The notes under the pieces: generated by a model
What the model was told of the DNA's origin: nothing
The model's database searches: none
Seen by the model: the letters and a program-made list of their open reading frames with translations, nothing else
Position numbers and translations under genes: made by a program
Shown here: in pieces, positions 19,970 to 33,300 of the stretch
Layout: each line of letters starts with the position of its first letter
Numbering within the stretch: position 1 is the stretch's first letter
NCBI GenBank assembly: GCA_963803435.1
Contig: CAWDML010000001.1
Coordinates: forward strand, 1,632,001-1,696,000
DNA from: an uncultured delta proteobacterium
GTDB lineage: Bacteria; Myxococcota; Kuafuiibacteriia; Kuafuiibacteriales; Kuafuiibacteriaceae
Reading direction: 5' to 3'
Length of the DNA stretch: 64,000 bases

Positions 19970-21091
19970 GTGGACTTCGATCTTTCCGACGATCAGAAGA
20001 TGCTCGCCGAGACGGTGGCGTCCTTTGCCAAGCAGACGTCGCCGGTCTCCCGCTTCCGTAAGCTCCGCGACGACCCGATCGGGTGGGAGCGCGAGGTGTG
20101 GAAGCAGATGGGTGAGCTGGGATGGCTCGCGGTCGCGTTTCCCGAGTCGGCGGGCGGCTACGATGGGAGCTTCGTCGACATCTCGGTCATCCTGGAGAAG
20201 CTCGGCACCGCCCTGGTGCCGGAGCCCTACGTGCCGAGCGTGGTGCTGGCGGGGTCTGCGCTCCTGTTCGCCGGCAGCGCGGAACAGCAACAGCGATGGC
20301 TGGGGCCGATGCTCGAGGGCAAGACCTCCCTCGCCCTCGCCTACGCCGAGCGCGACGGACGCTACGACCTGGCGCGGGTCGAGACCGCGGCCGAGGCGAG
20401 CAAGGGCGGCTGGCGGCTCACCGGCGAGAAGGCGTTCGTGCTCAACGGGCACGCGGCGGAGCTGCTGGTGGTGTCGGCGAAGACCCCGGCCGGATTGTCG
20501 CTGTTCGCGGTGCCGAAGGGGCAGGCCGGCCTCACGATCGAGCCGCTCGGGCTGCTCGACGGACAGCGCGGCGCGAGGGTGGTCCTCGCAGGCGTGGAGG
20601 CGGAGCTCCTGGGCGAGCCGGGCGGCGGCCTGCCGATCCTGGAGCGCGTCCTCGATCGCGGCGCCGCGGCGGCCTGTGCCGAGGGTCTCGGGATCGGGCA
20701 GACCGTGCTCGACATGACGATCGAGCAGCTCAAGCTGCGGAAGCAGTTCGGCGTGCAGATCGGGACCTTCCAAGCGCTCCAGCACCGGACGGTCGACATG
20801 TTCGTCGAGGTCGAGCTCATGCGATCGATGTCGATCACCGCCGGCGTGCAGGTCGACCATCCGGATCCGCTGGTCCGTGCGCGCGAGGTGAGCGCCGCCA
20901 AGGCGCAGCTCGCCGTGGGCGGAAAGTACGTGGTGCAGCAGTCGATCCAGCTCCACGGCGGCATCGGCATCACGGATGAGCACGACATCGGCCTGTTCTT
21001 CAAGCGCATGCACGCGTTGAACCTCCTCTTCGGAGACGAGGAGCATCACCTCCGCCGTCTGGCGACTCTGCCCTCCTTCGACGGCGATTGA
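19970..21091 (+). CDS. Acyl-CoA dehydrogenase (PimD-like partner subunit)
   Basis: RKQFGVQIGTFQALQHR, IQLHGGIGITDE; tandem arrangement typical of heteromeric ACADs. Confidence 0.92.
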   Translation: MDFDLSDDQKMLAETVASFAKQTSPVSRFRKLRDDPIGWEREVWKQMGELGWLAVAFPESAGGYDGSFVDISVILEKLGTALVPEPYVPSVVLAGSALLFAGSAEQQQRWLGPMLEGKTSLALAYAERDGRYDLARVETAAEASKGGWRLTGEKAFVLNGHAAELLVVSAKTPAGLSLFAVPKGQAGLTIEPLGLLDGQRGARVVLAGVEAELLGEPGGGLPILERVLDRGAAAACAEGLGIGQTVLDMTIEQLKLRKQFGVQIGTFQALQHRTVDMFVEVELMRSMSITAGVQVDHPDPLVRAREVSAAKAQLAVGGKYVVQQSIQLHGGIGITDEHDIGLFFKRMHALNLLFGDEEHHLRRLATLPSFDGD

Positions 21092-21101
21092 ATGGTTCTT
21101 A

Positions 21102-21489
21102 GAACCGGTCCGAGACCTCCGAATCGTCCGGTGTCCGTGCTCTTGCAGAAGCGTGCTTAGCGCGAATCGACCGTGGCACGTCGAACCGGAGCTGAACTCG
21201 CGCGGCAGGGCCTTCCACTGGCACCCTGTCCGAAGGCGATAGACGATACCTGCCATCACGACGCGATCCGCAACCCGCGGGCGACCTCCCCGCGGCCTTG
21301 GACCTCGCTTCGGGAGTCACGGCTCAATGCGTTTCCACAGGGCGTCCGGAAGACTTGCGAATCTTGCCTGCATCGACTCTGCAGAACACTCGATCGAGCA
21401 CGATGCAACAACGGCCGCTTTGAATAGCGAATGAGCAGAACGAGCGAAACAGGAAACGCGGAACGGTCCGGAGGTTTTCGGACCGGCTC
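21102..21489. mobile_element. Internally deleted IS5-family element (MITE-like)
   Basis: Terminal inverted repeats GAACCGGTCCGA / TCGGACCGGCTC, TTA on both sides (21099-21101, 21490-21492), minus-strand transposase relic GIVYRLRTGCQWKALPREFSSGSTCHGRF. Confidence 0.8.
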
Positions 21490-23601
<2,112 letters not shown>

Positions 23602-23674
23602 CTCCGGGCTGGTGACTGCAGCGGCGATGCCACCTCTCGTTGAAGACGGGTTTCGAGGCGGGCGGGGCGGAAGG

Positions 23675-25097
23675 CTACGAACGAACTGCGTGGTCCGCGA
23701 GCACCTGCGCGACGCAGCTCGTGACCTTCTTCCCGCAGGGAATGTGCAGGAACTCGTTCGGCCCGTGCGCGTTGGAGTGCGGGCCGAGCACGCCCGTGAT
23801 CATGAACTGTGCCTCGGGGAACTTCTTCCCCAGCATGCCCATGAATGGGATCGAGCCGCCCTCACCCATGTGGACCGCCCCCTTGCCGAAGAAAGCCTTC
23901 GAGGCCGCGTCGAGCGACTTCTCCAGGTAGGGCGCGAGCGCCGGCGCGTTCCAGCCCTCGGCCTGCTCGCCCTCGAAGCTGACGCGTGCGCCGTACGGAG
24001 GATCGGTGGTGAGCACCCGCTTCACCACCTCGAAGGCGTGCTCCGGATCGGTGGTCGGCGGCAGGCGCATGGAGATCCGGACCGAAGTGTGGGGGCGCGA
24101 GACGTTGCCCGCGTCGCGGAGCGCGGGGAGGCCGCCGGCGCCGGTGATCGAGACGGTGGCGCGCCAGGTCCGGTTGAGGACCAGCTCCGCCAGGTCGTCG
24201 GTCACCGGACGAACGCCCGCGTGGAAGGGGAACTCGTTCCAGATCGTGTCGCCGAGGACCTTGGCGACGGCGGCGGCCTGCTGGCGGCGCTGCTCCGGGA
24301 TGTCGACCTTGAGCTCGGGGATGAGGACCTCGCCGGTGCGCTCATCCTCGATCCGGCTCAAGAGCTGGCGGATCACGCGGAAGCTCGACGGGACGATCCC
24401 GCTGGCGCTGCCCGAGTGCACGCCCTCCTCGATGAGGCTGACCTTGAGATCTTCCGATCACCATGCCGCGGAGCGACGTGGTGCACCACAGGTGATCGTA
24501 GTCGCCGCATCCCGAGTCGAGGCAGACCACCAGGCTGGGCGTTCCAATGCGGCCGGCCAGCTTGTCGATGTAGTGCGGGAGATCGGGGCTGCCGCTCTCT
24601 TCGGTCGCCTCGATCAGAACGACGCAGCGCGCGTGCGGAACTCTCTGGTCGGCGAGCGAAGCGATGGCGGTGAGGGACGCGAAGGCCGCGTAGCCGTCGT
24701 CCGCCCCGCCGCGGCCGTAGAGCTTGTCGCCCTCGAGGACCGGCGTCCAAGGGCCGAGCCCCTCGCGCCAGTCCGTCATCTCGGGCTGCTTGTCGAGGTG
24801 ACCGTAGAGGAGCACGGTGTCCTTCGCGGCCGCGCCGTGTCCGGGGATCTCCATGAAGATGAGCGGCGTGCGGCCCGGATCCTTGATGACCTCGACCGTG
24901 AGCCCCGGGATCGCCTTCGTCTGGGCCTTGCACCAGCCCGAGATCAGCTCCACGGCCCGCGCCATGTACCCGTTCTTCTCCCAGTCGGGATCGAAGCCCG
25001 GCGACTTGTTGGGGATCCGGATGTACTCGGTCAGGTTGGGGACGATCTGGTCGTCCCATGCGCGTTCGACGAATTGGCTCAAACGACTGCGATCCAT
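23675..25097 (-). CDS. M20/M25/M40 family metallopeptidase; frameshifted at ~24452
   Basis: LYGHLDKQP, YGRGGADDG, EESGS, GVHSG, GEGGSIP, NAHGPNE; removing one base restores RGMVIGDLKVSLIEEGVHSG. Confidence 0.88.
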
Positions 25098-25200
25098 GGG
25101 TGCCGCCGAGATTCGGTCCCGAAGGCGGTTTAGACAAGGTGGGCTAACCCCGTGCCACGTTCCGGTGATCGTCGGATCGCGCTAGCTTGCGAGCCGTCCG

Positions 25201-26238
25201 GTGGATCAACAGGGGGTCGATCGCCTCTTCACCCTGCCGCTCGCCGAGTTCGTCGCGGCGCGGAACGACCTCGCCAAGTCGCTCAAGACCTCCGGAGAGA
25301 AGGAGACGGCCGCGCGGATCCAGAAGCTCCCCAAGCCCTCCATCTCCGCCTGGGCGATCAACCAGCTGGTCCGCGCGGATCACGCCTTGCTCGAGGCGCT
25401 CCTCGCCGCGCTCGATCGGCAGCGTACGCTCCAGCTCTCGGGCATCGGGGGCGGCGTCGATCGCGGCGAGATGAAGGAGGCGAAGCAGGCCGAGAACGAG
25501 ACCATCGGGAGGATGGAGCGGGCGCTCGTTCCCATCCTGGAGGCGGGGGGACACGCCTCGGGGCGCACCGCGATCGAGCGGTGCGTGCGCTCGATCCGGG
25601 CGGCCGCGGTCCACCCGGAGGGCCGGCCGCTCCTCGAGAACGGACACCTGACGATCGACTTCGACGCGCCCGGCTTCGACGCCCTGAGCGCGGGCTTGGC
25701 GAGCGTCGAGACTGCACAGAGCCCGCCCAAGCTCCGCTTGATCTCGAGCGCCATCGAGGAGAAGCGACGCCTCGAGGAGACGCGGGCGTTCGAGCAGCAG
25801 CAGCGGGACGAGAGGAGACAGGCGCTCCAGCGCGAGCGGATCGAGGTGCAGGCAAAGCTGGACCAGGAGCGCCGAAAGCTCGAGGAGGAACGGCGGCGCC
25901 TCGACGACGAGAAGCGGCTGGAGGACGAGCGCCGGCGCGAGGCCGAGCGCGGGATTGAACAGGAGCGCCGGGCCGCGGAGCTGGAGCGGTCGAAGCAGAA
26001 CGCGCGGCTCGGAGAGGCGGCGAAGATCCTGGGATCGCTGCGGCTCGAGCGGGCGCGTCTCGAGGAACAGGCCATCCAGATCGCGGACCAGGTCGAGCGG
26101 GCGCGGGTCGCGCTCGAGCGCATCCAGCGCGAGGCGAGCCGGGCGGAGCAGGAGCTGGCCCAGAAGACCGAACAGATCACGCAACTCGAGCAGCTCCTGG
26201 GTTTGTTCGACGACCAGGACGAGGAAGACGAAGGATGA
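25201..26238 (+). CDS. Hypothetical protein with long C-terminal coiled coil
   Basis: N-terminus EFVAARNDLAK..LPKPSISAWAINQL, E/R-rich helical tail; ATGA-coupled to the next gene. Confidence 0.75.
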   Translation: MDQQGVDRLFTLPLAEFVAARNDLAKSLKTSGEKETAARIQKLPKPSISAWAINQLVRADHALLEALLAALDRQRTLQLSGIGGGVDRGEMKEAKQAENETIGRMERALVPILEAGGHASGRTAIERCVRSIRAAAVHPEGRPLLENGHLTIDFDAPGFDALSAGLASVETAQSPPKLRLISSAIEEKRRLEETRAFEQQQRDERRQALQRERIEVQAKLDQERRKLEEERRRLDDEKRLEDERRREAERGIEQERRAAELERSKQNARLGEAAKILGSLRLERARLEEQAIQIADQVERARVALERIQREASRAEQELAQKTEQITQLEQLLGLFDDQDEEDEG

Positions 26239-27434
26239 AACGAGCGCTCTCGCTCCTGATGATCGTGGCGTCGTTCGCCTGTTACCCCAAGGGTTGGCGC
26301 GGCCAGCAGCCGTTGTTCGCGGACGCCGACTTCCCGTTCGTCGCCGGTCCGTATCTGATCCTCATCCATCAGGGGACGGTCGCGATCGTGGTGAAGCATC
26401 CGCTCCCGGAGGCGCCCATCGTCGAGTGGTGGATCGATCCGACGGACGTCGTGGGCACCGCCAGCACCACCGTGACCGCCTCGACGGCGCGGCAGCCAAC
26501 GCAGCGCACCGTGATGGAGGACCTCGACGGCTTCTGGGTCGCCGTCCTGCCCGACCTGCCGTACGACACGGGCATCTACTACCGCGTGCGATCCAGCGCC
26601 GGTGACACGCGGGTGCTTCGCTTCCTCGCGGGGGCCTCGCGGGGCCGCAAGCTGCGCTTCGCCGCGTTCGGGGACACGCGCACGGGACACGAGATCCATC
26701 GCGGTCTGGTGGAGGCGATGGCGAAGGAGAACATCGAGTTCGCGATCCACTCCGGCGACCTGGTCGAGTTCGGTGGCGTCGAAGAGCAGTGGGAGCAATT
26801 CTTCCGGATCGAAGGCCCGCTGATGTCGCAGGTGCCGCTGTTCGCCGCCGTCGGCAATCACGACAACTCGCTCCGCAATCACTTCAGACAGTACTTCCTG
26901 ACCCGGATGTATGCGGGCAAGAACCGCTACTATTACCAGGACTGGGGAGACGTCCGCGTGATCATCATGGACTCGGAGATCGAGCTGCGGAAGGGATCGG
27001 ACCAGTACGCCTTCCTCGACCGCGTGCTCCGCGAGGGCGCCGAGAACGACCAGCTGATGTTCATGTCGCTCCACTACCCGCCCTACTCGTCCGGGGAGCA
27101 CGGATCGAACCTCGAGATCCGGCAGATCCTGGGCGAGCTCGCGCCCCGTTACGGTGTCGAGGTGATCCTGGCGGGACATGATCACGACTACGAGCGCACC
27201 AAGATCATCGACGGCGTCACCTATCTGGTCGCCGCCTCGGGAGGCGCCACCATCCGCGCGATCGCGCCGAGCGACTTCAGCGTGGTGATGCGGACCGAGC
27301 CGCACTTCCTCCTCTTCGACGTCGACCGCCAGAGCCTGGTGGGACGCGCGATCAACCTCCGCGGGGACACGTTCGACACCTTCGTGGTCCCCCCCAATCC
27401 GCCGCGGGCGCCGGCCGTCGAACCCACCCGATGA
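26235..27434 (+). CDS. Exported metallophosphoesterase (purple acid phosphatase-like) lipoprotein
   Basis: Lipobox SFAC; GDTR, GDLV, GNHD, HYPPY, GHDHDYER. Confidence 0.9.
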   Translation: MKRALSLLMIVASFACYPKGWRGQQPLFADADFPFVAGPYLILIHQGTVAIVVKHPLPEAPIVEWWIDPTDVVGTASTTVTASTARQPTQRTVMEDLDGFWVAVLPDLPYDTGIYYRVRSSAGDTRVLRFLAGASRGRKLRFAAFGDTRTGHEIHRGLVEAMAKENIEFAIHSGDLVEFGGVEEQWEQFFRIEGPLMSQVPLFAAVGNHDNSLRNHFRQYFLTRMYAGKNRYYYQDWGDVRVIIMDSEIELRKGSDQYAFLDRVLREGAENDQLMFMSLHYPPYSSGEHGSNLEIRQILGELAPRYGVEVILAGHDHDYERTKIIDGVTYLVAASGGATIRAIAPSDFSVVMRTEPHFLLFDVDRQSLVGRAINLRGDTFDTFVVPPNPPRAPAVEPTR

Positions 27435-28714
27435 TACTCGGCCCCCCGTTGCTGCTGATGGCGCTGTCGCAGATCGGGACGGCCACCGCCGCCGACGACG
27501 CGCTGACCTCGGCGGTCCGGGCCGAGGCCCACCCTTCGCTCGATCTGGGCCGCTTGCTGCTCGACCTGCCGAGCGCATTCATCGAGCTGGCGTTCGTCCC
27601 GCTGATGCCGATCGCGCTGGCGTCCGAGCGCTGGCACCTGCCGGACCGCATCTTCGATCTGCTGACCAACGACGACAAGACGCTGGCGGTGCTGCCGGTG
27701 ATCGTCCCCGTCAACCACTCCGGGTTGGGATTGGGGATCGCGATCATCCACAACGATCCGCTTGGCAGCAAGGACCGCACGGTGGTGCTGGGCCTCGTAC
27801 ACACGAACCGCGATCGCAGCGCTCAGGCGTCGATCTCCCGGCGGATCCCGAACCTCTCGGGCCGCGTGATCTCGATCGGCGCCAAGTACGGCGTCGATCA
27901 GGACTCACGCTTCTACGGCTTCGGCGGAGGAGGCTCCAAGTCGGAGGTGAGGCTCATCCGGAAGGACACGATCGACCTGTCGGCGGGCATCGATCTCTTG
28001 CAGGCCGACGCCGGCGGGTTCGGCGCCCGGATCGCGGTGGCCTATCGGCGGCGCGAGCTGACGCCGGGCAGCGGCAACGACCCACCGCTCGGCTCGGACG
28101 ACGTCTTCGCGCTTCCGCCGGGCTTCGGGCGCGCGCTGGACTATCCAGAGCTCACGCTGCAGCTCGGCTACGACACCCGCGACAGCGTCTCCCGCACCAC
28201 CACCGGCGTCGTCGCCAGCGTCGAGGCGTCCGCCACCAAGGACCTGAACGCCGGAGACACGGGTGGGTTTCGGACCACGGCGACGGTCGGGACGTTCATC
28301 GAGCTCCTCCCCCTGTATCGCGTGCTGTTCCTCTCGGTGGGCGCGGGCGCGGCGGTTCCGATCGACAGCGAGGACCAGATCCCTCTGCATCAGCTGATCG
28401 CGCTCGGCGGCTCCTCGACGCTGCGGGGCTACGTCCCCGATCGCTTCATCGATCGTCTCGGATGGTGGGCGACGGCCGAGTATCGCTACTTCTTCTACGA
28501 ATATGCAGCCACGGGGAACGGCCTCAGCGCTGCGCTCTTCACCGACGTCGGTCGCGTCGGTCACGTTCCGAAGGACCTGGTCAAAGGACCGATCGCCTGG
28601 TCCCTCGGGGTCGGCTTTCGCTTCGAGATGAACTTGTTGCTGCTCGGGCGGTTCCAGATCGCCTACGGCTCCGACGGGTTCCGGATCAGCATCGGCTTCG
28701 GAGAGGTCCTGTGA
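27431..28714 (+). CDS. Omp85 (BamA/TamA surface-antigen) family outer-membrane beta-barrel with no obvious POTRA array
   Basis: Signal peptide; YDTRD, LGGSSTLRGY..DRF, AEYR, FTDVGRV, SLGVGFR, terminal beta-signal-like GFGEVL. Confidence 0.82.
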   Translation: MILGPPLLLMALSQIGTATAADDALTSAVRAEAHPSLDLGRLLLDLPSAFIELAFVPLMPIALASERWHLPDRIFDLLTNDDKTLAVLPVIVPVNHSGLGLGIAIIHNDPLGSKDRTVVLGLVHTNRDRSAQASISRRIPNLSGRVISIGAKYGVDQDSRFYGFGGGGSKSEVRLIRKDTIDLSAGIDLLQADAGGFGARIAVAYRRRELTPGSGNDPPLGSDDVFALPPGFGRALDYPELTLQLGYDTRDSVSRTTTGVVASVEASATKDLNAGDTGGFRTTATVGTFIELLPLYRVLFLSVGAGAAVPIDSEDQIPLHQLIALGGSSTLRGYVPDRFIDRLGWWATAEYRYFFYEYAATGNGLSAALFTDVGRVGHVPKDLVKGPIAWSLGVGFRFEMNLLLLGRFQIAYGSDGFRISIGFGEVL

Positions 28715-30366
28715 GGCGGCTGCTGGCAGCGTCGCTCGCGCTGGCGGCCTCGGCGTGCGCCACCCCGGCCTGGAAGACGGCGCCGCACGATCGCTACTAT
28801 CAGCACACGCCGCCGCCCCTGCTCCACGCGCGGCCGCTCGACAGCCAGCCGTCCGAGCTCTGGTACGGTTTCGTGCACACCACCGTGCGGCCGCTCGCCC
28901 AGGCCCTCAGCCCCGGCTACTACGTGGAGAAGGTGGCGGGCTCACCCCGGCCGCTCGACATCAACGCGTTCGGACAGGTCATCGAGTCGCCGTGGTTCTT
29001 CAACCGGATCAACCGCTATCACCTCAGCCCCGAGGAGGTCGCCCGGGGCCCCAACCGCCTGCGCGGACCGGCCGCCGGCCCCCTGACCGTGATCCGTGGC
29101 AAGCTCGAGGGCGCCACGCCGGGCCTGGTCGTGCGCGACGGCGGCGGCGACGTCTTCGTGGTGAAGTTCGATCCGCCCGGCTACCCCGAGCTCGCGTCGA
29201 ACGCGGAGGCCATCGCCACCAAGATCCTCTACGCCTCCGGATACCACGTCCCCGAGAACTACGCGGTCTCGCTTCAGCTCGATCGGCTGGTGCTCTCTCA
29301 CGACGCCGTCACCACCGGCGAGTACGGGACGACGGTGCCGCTCACGAAGGAGCGACTCGACGACCTGATCTCCCACGTCAACCCCTTCCCCAACGGCACG
29401 GTCCGCGCGCTCTTCTCCCGCTACATCCCCGGCGAGCTCCTCGGCCCCTTCGACTATCGCGGCTCGCGGCGGGACGATCCGAACGACCTCATCCCGCACG
29501 AGCACCGCCGCAGCCTGCGCGGGCTGCGCATGTTCGCGGCCTGGATCAACAATTCGGACATCCGCGCCGCCAACACGCTCGACGTCTTTCTCCCCAGCGA
29601 CGAGCACCGCGGGCTCGGGTACGTGAAGCACTACCTGATCGACTTCGGCGACTCCCTCGGCTCGGCGGGCGTCCGTCCCAAGTATGTCGGGCAGGGCTAC
29701 CAGAACCGGGTCGACTGGGGCCAGATCAGCGCCTCGTTCTTCTCCGCCGGCATCTTCTACCCGTACTGGCTGCCGGTGCAGCGATCGCCCTATCGCAGCG
29801 TCGGCGTCTTCGAGGGCGAGGTCTTCGATCCGAAGAAATGGTGCCCGGTGATCCAGAACCCGGCCTTCGACCGCGCCGATGTCTTCGACGACTACTGGGC
29901 CGCCTCGATCATCGCGCGCTTCACCCCGGCGCAGCTCGCGGCCGTGGTCTCGTCGGTCGGGTACACCGAGCGTGGCGCTGCCCAGTGGGTCCTGCGCGTG
30001 CTCAGCGAGCGACAGTTCAAGATCCTCGACTACGCGTTCTCGCACGTGCTCCCGCTCGAGGACCCGAGTATCGAGCAAGGGACGATCCTGGCGATGACGG
30101 ATCTCGCCGTGCTCGCGGGGCTGGAGCTGCCGTCTCAGCGTCGCTACTACTATCGCGTCGAGCACGACGACCAGGAGCTGGCGCACGGGACGATCGACTC
30201 ACCGAGACTCGATCTCGCCGGCGTCGTCGCGGAGATCGCGGGCAGCGACGATCCGTTCCTCACGGTCACCTGGTCGCTCGCCGAGAGCGCCAACCCCAGC
30301 ACCGACGTGCACTTGCGGGTGGTCGGCGGCCGTCTCCTGCCCGTCGCCATGACCCGCCACGAGTGA
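28711..30366 (+). CDS. Lipoprotein of unknown function with atypical kinase-like motifs
   Basis: GTG overlapping the upstream stop; lipobox ASAC; GKLEGATP, FVVKFD, NAE, NNSDIRAAN, LIDFG. Confidence 0.75.
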   Translation: MRRLLAASLALAASACATPAWKTAPHDRYYQHTPPPLLHARPLDSQPSELWYGFVHTTVRPLAQALSPGYYVEKVAGSPRPLDINAFGQVIESPWFFNRINRYHLSPEEVARGPNRLRGPAAGPLTVIRGKLEGATPGLVVRDGGGDVFVVKFDPPGYPELASNAEAIATKILYASGYHVPENYAVSLQLDRLVLSHDAVTTGEYGTTVPLTKERLDDLISHVNPFPNGTVRALFSRYIPGELLGPFDYRGSRRDDPNDLIPHEHRRSLRGLRMFAAWINNSDIRAANTLDVFLPSDEHRGLGYVKHYLIDFGDSLGSAGVRPKYVGQGYQNRVDWGQISASFFSAGIFYPYWLPVQRSPYRSVGVFEGEVFDPKKWCPVIQNPAFDRADVFDDYWAASIIARFTPAQLAAVVSSVGYTERGAAQWVLRVLSERQFKILDYAFSHVLPLEDPSIEQGTILAMTDLAVLAGLELPSQRRYYYRVEHDDQELAHGTIDSPRLDLAGVVAEIAGSDDPFLTVTWSLAESANPSTDVHLRVVGGRLLPVAMTRHE

Positions 30367-30392
30367 AGCATGCGGCGCGAGGCTCGGGTGGG

Positions 30393-33300
30393 ATGGCCAC
30401 CGAGTGGACCTCAGCCGGCCAAAAGGATAGTCCGGTTCGCGTGCGCCTCGGCAGCGAGCCGCCGGAGCGGATCGGCCCTTATCGGATCCTCGAACCGATC
30501 GGCCAGGGCGGTATGGGGGTCGTGTACCACGCCGTCCAGGCCTCGACCGGACGCTCGGTCGCGCTGAAGACGGTGCGGGCCGCCTCCGAAGGCCACCTCG
30601 ACGGGATCCGCCGTGAGATCCGGGCGCTGGCGAAGATCGTCCACCCCGGCGTGGTCCGAATCCTCGACGAGGGCGTCGAGGGCGGCGTGCCCTGGTACGC
30701 GATGGAGCTGCTCGAGGGGCGCACGCTCCGGCAGCACCAGCGGCTGATCGGGCTCGACGTCCCCCAGGATGCCGCCACGCAGACCGGGTCCACCTCGGAC
30801 CCGGAGCGCCGCGCGATGTTCCTCCCGCGCGCGTCGATCCGCGAGGACGAGCTGCTCGACTGGCTCACCATCTTTCGTGCGCTCTGCTCCCCGCTCGGCT
30901 ACGTCCACGGCGAAGGCATCGTTCACTGCGATCTGAAGCCCGACAACGTGTTCCTGGCCGGTCCGCACCGACCGGTGCTGATGGACTTCGGTCTGATCTC
31001 GCGCTTCGGCGTGGGGCTGTCGCGGGAGGTGCTCGACGTCGAGCCATTCATGGGCACGGCCGAGTACATGGCGCCCGAGCAGTGGGAGCGCCGCCCGGTG
31101 GACGCCCGCACGGATCTCTACGCGCTCGGCTGCATCCTCTTCGAGGCGATCACGGGCGCGCCGCCGTGGGTCGGGACGCGCTCGGAGCTCTCGCGCGCGC
31201 ACCTGTTCGATCGACCTCCGCGCGCCTCTCTCCGGACCGCGGGCGTCCCGCCCGAGCTGGACGAGCTCTTCTTCGCCCTCCTCGCGAAGACGCCGCGCGA
31301 GCGGATCGGTCACGCGGACGAGGTGGCGCGGATCCTCGGCCGGCTGGGGGCGGAGGCGCCGAGCGAGGCGCGACCGCACCGGCCCTACCTCTTTCGCCCT
31401 GCGATGTCGGGCCGGGACACGATCGTGCTCGAGGTGGCCCAGCGCCTCAGCGACGGCGCGAGCGGGCACTTCCTTCTGCTGGGCGGCGAGAGCGGCGTGG
31501 GCAAGACGAAGCTCGCGATGGAGGCCGCCCGCATGGCGAAGCGCGGCAAGGTCCGCGTGATCACCGCCGAGTGCGCGCCGATCGCGGACGAGCATCCGCT
31601 CTCCAGCCTCCTCCTGGCGGTGGCCGATCGATGCCGCGCCGTCCCCGAGTCGCGGATCGCGCTGCTCGGCGGCCGCTCGCGCGTACTGGCCCGCCTCGAG
31701 CCGTCGCTGGCCAGCTTCACCGATCTCGCCCCCGACCGGCCGAGCGAGGATCCGGAGGCCGAGCGGGGGCGGCTCCTCGACGCGCTGGTGGAGACCGTGG
31801 AAGCCTTCGTCCAGGACGAGCTCACCTTCCTGCTCATCGACGATCTGCAGTGGGCCGACGAGCTCACGCTCGAGGTCGTGCGCCGATTGGCCGAGCGCCG
31901 GAGCGCTCTGCCGAAGCTGGCGTTCCTCGGCACGTATCGCACCGAGGAGATTGGGGGCGGCCTGGAGGTTTTGCTGGGCGCGCCCGGGATCGAGAAGGTC
32001 GTCCTCGATCGGCTCGATGAGCAGTCGGTCGAGCGAATGGTGGCCGACATGCTGGGCTTCGCCGCACCTCGGGACTTCGTCTCGTTCCTCGCCGGCCAGA
32101 GCGAGGGCAACCCGTTCTTCGTCGGTGAGTACCTGCGCGCGGCGCTGGGGGCCGGAATCCTCGAGCGCACGGACAACGGGCGGTGGACCGTCAAGAGCGA
32201 GCGCCGCGATCTCGGGCTCCCGGGGACCCTCCGCGATCTGGTCACGTACCGGATCGTCTCGCTCGGCGAGGACGGCCGCCGGCTGCTGGAGGCGACCGCA
32301 GTGCTGGGTCGCGAGAGCACCGCCGCCCTCGCCGCCGAGATCGCCGAGCTCGATCTCGAGCGGACCGAGGACGCGATCGAGGAGCTGCTGAAACGGCAGA
32401 TCGTCGAGGAGTCGGCGGCGGGTCGTATCCGCCTCTCGCACGACAAGATCCGCGAGGTCGCCTACGAGCGCCTCGCCCCCGAGGTCAAACGCTCGCTCCA
32501 CGGACGGGCGGCCCGCGCGCTCGAGGCCGCCGGAGCGCCCGCGGCCGTGCTCGCCCACCACTTCGAGCGCGCCGAGCGTCCGCTCGAGGCGATCGATCAC
32601 CTCGAGGCCGCCGCCTCGCACGCGCTCGCCACCGGCGCCCACCGGGGCGCGGGGGACTTCCTCGAGCGCGCGCTGCACCTCGCGGAGGGTCACGACTTCG
32701 CTCCGGTCCGGCGCGCGCGCTGGTATCGCCTCCTCGCCGAGAGCCTCCTGGCCGGCGGCGATCTCGCGCGCACGATGCACGCGTCACACTCGACCCTCGA
32801 CGTGCTCCGGCTGGAGCGGCCCAGCTCGCGGGCAGACTGGGTGCTCACGCTCGCCAGCCAGGTCGTCCGCCAGGTCTTCCATCGCGTGGTCCCGAGGAAG
32901 TGGATCATCGAGCACGGCCGCGAGGAGGCGCTGATCGAGGCCACCCTGGCGTCGGGCATGCTCAGCCGGGTCGCCTTCTTCGAGAACGATCCCCTCAGGA
33001 TCGTGGCAGCGGCGTTCTGGTCCGTGAACCTGGCCGAGCGCGCCGGCCGACTGGTGCAGGCCACGCGCAATTACTCCGGCCTCGGGTGGATCTTCGGCAT
33101 CGCCCGGCTGCACCGCGTCGCCGACGCTTACTTCGCGCGCGCGCGTGCCGCCGCCGAGGAGATGGAGGACGACAACGGCTTGATCTTCGCGCTCACCTCG
33201 GAGGCGATCTACCGCACCGGGCTCGGCCAGTGGGCGCGGGTCGAGGACGCACTCTCGTCGGCGCGCGCTGCCTGCGAGCGGACCCACAGCCGCCACGATC

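Noticed and set aside
19922-21259. 445-aa ORF beginning with IS5 transposase sequence
   Set aside because: Only the first ~30 aa are transposase; the rest is antisense to the acyl-CoA dehydrogenase
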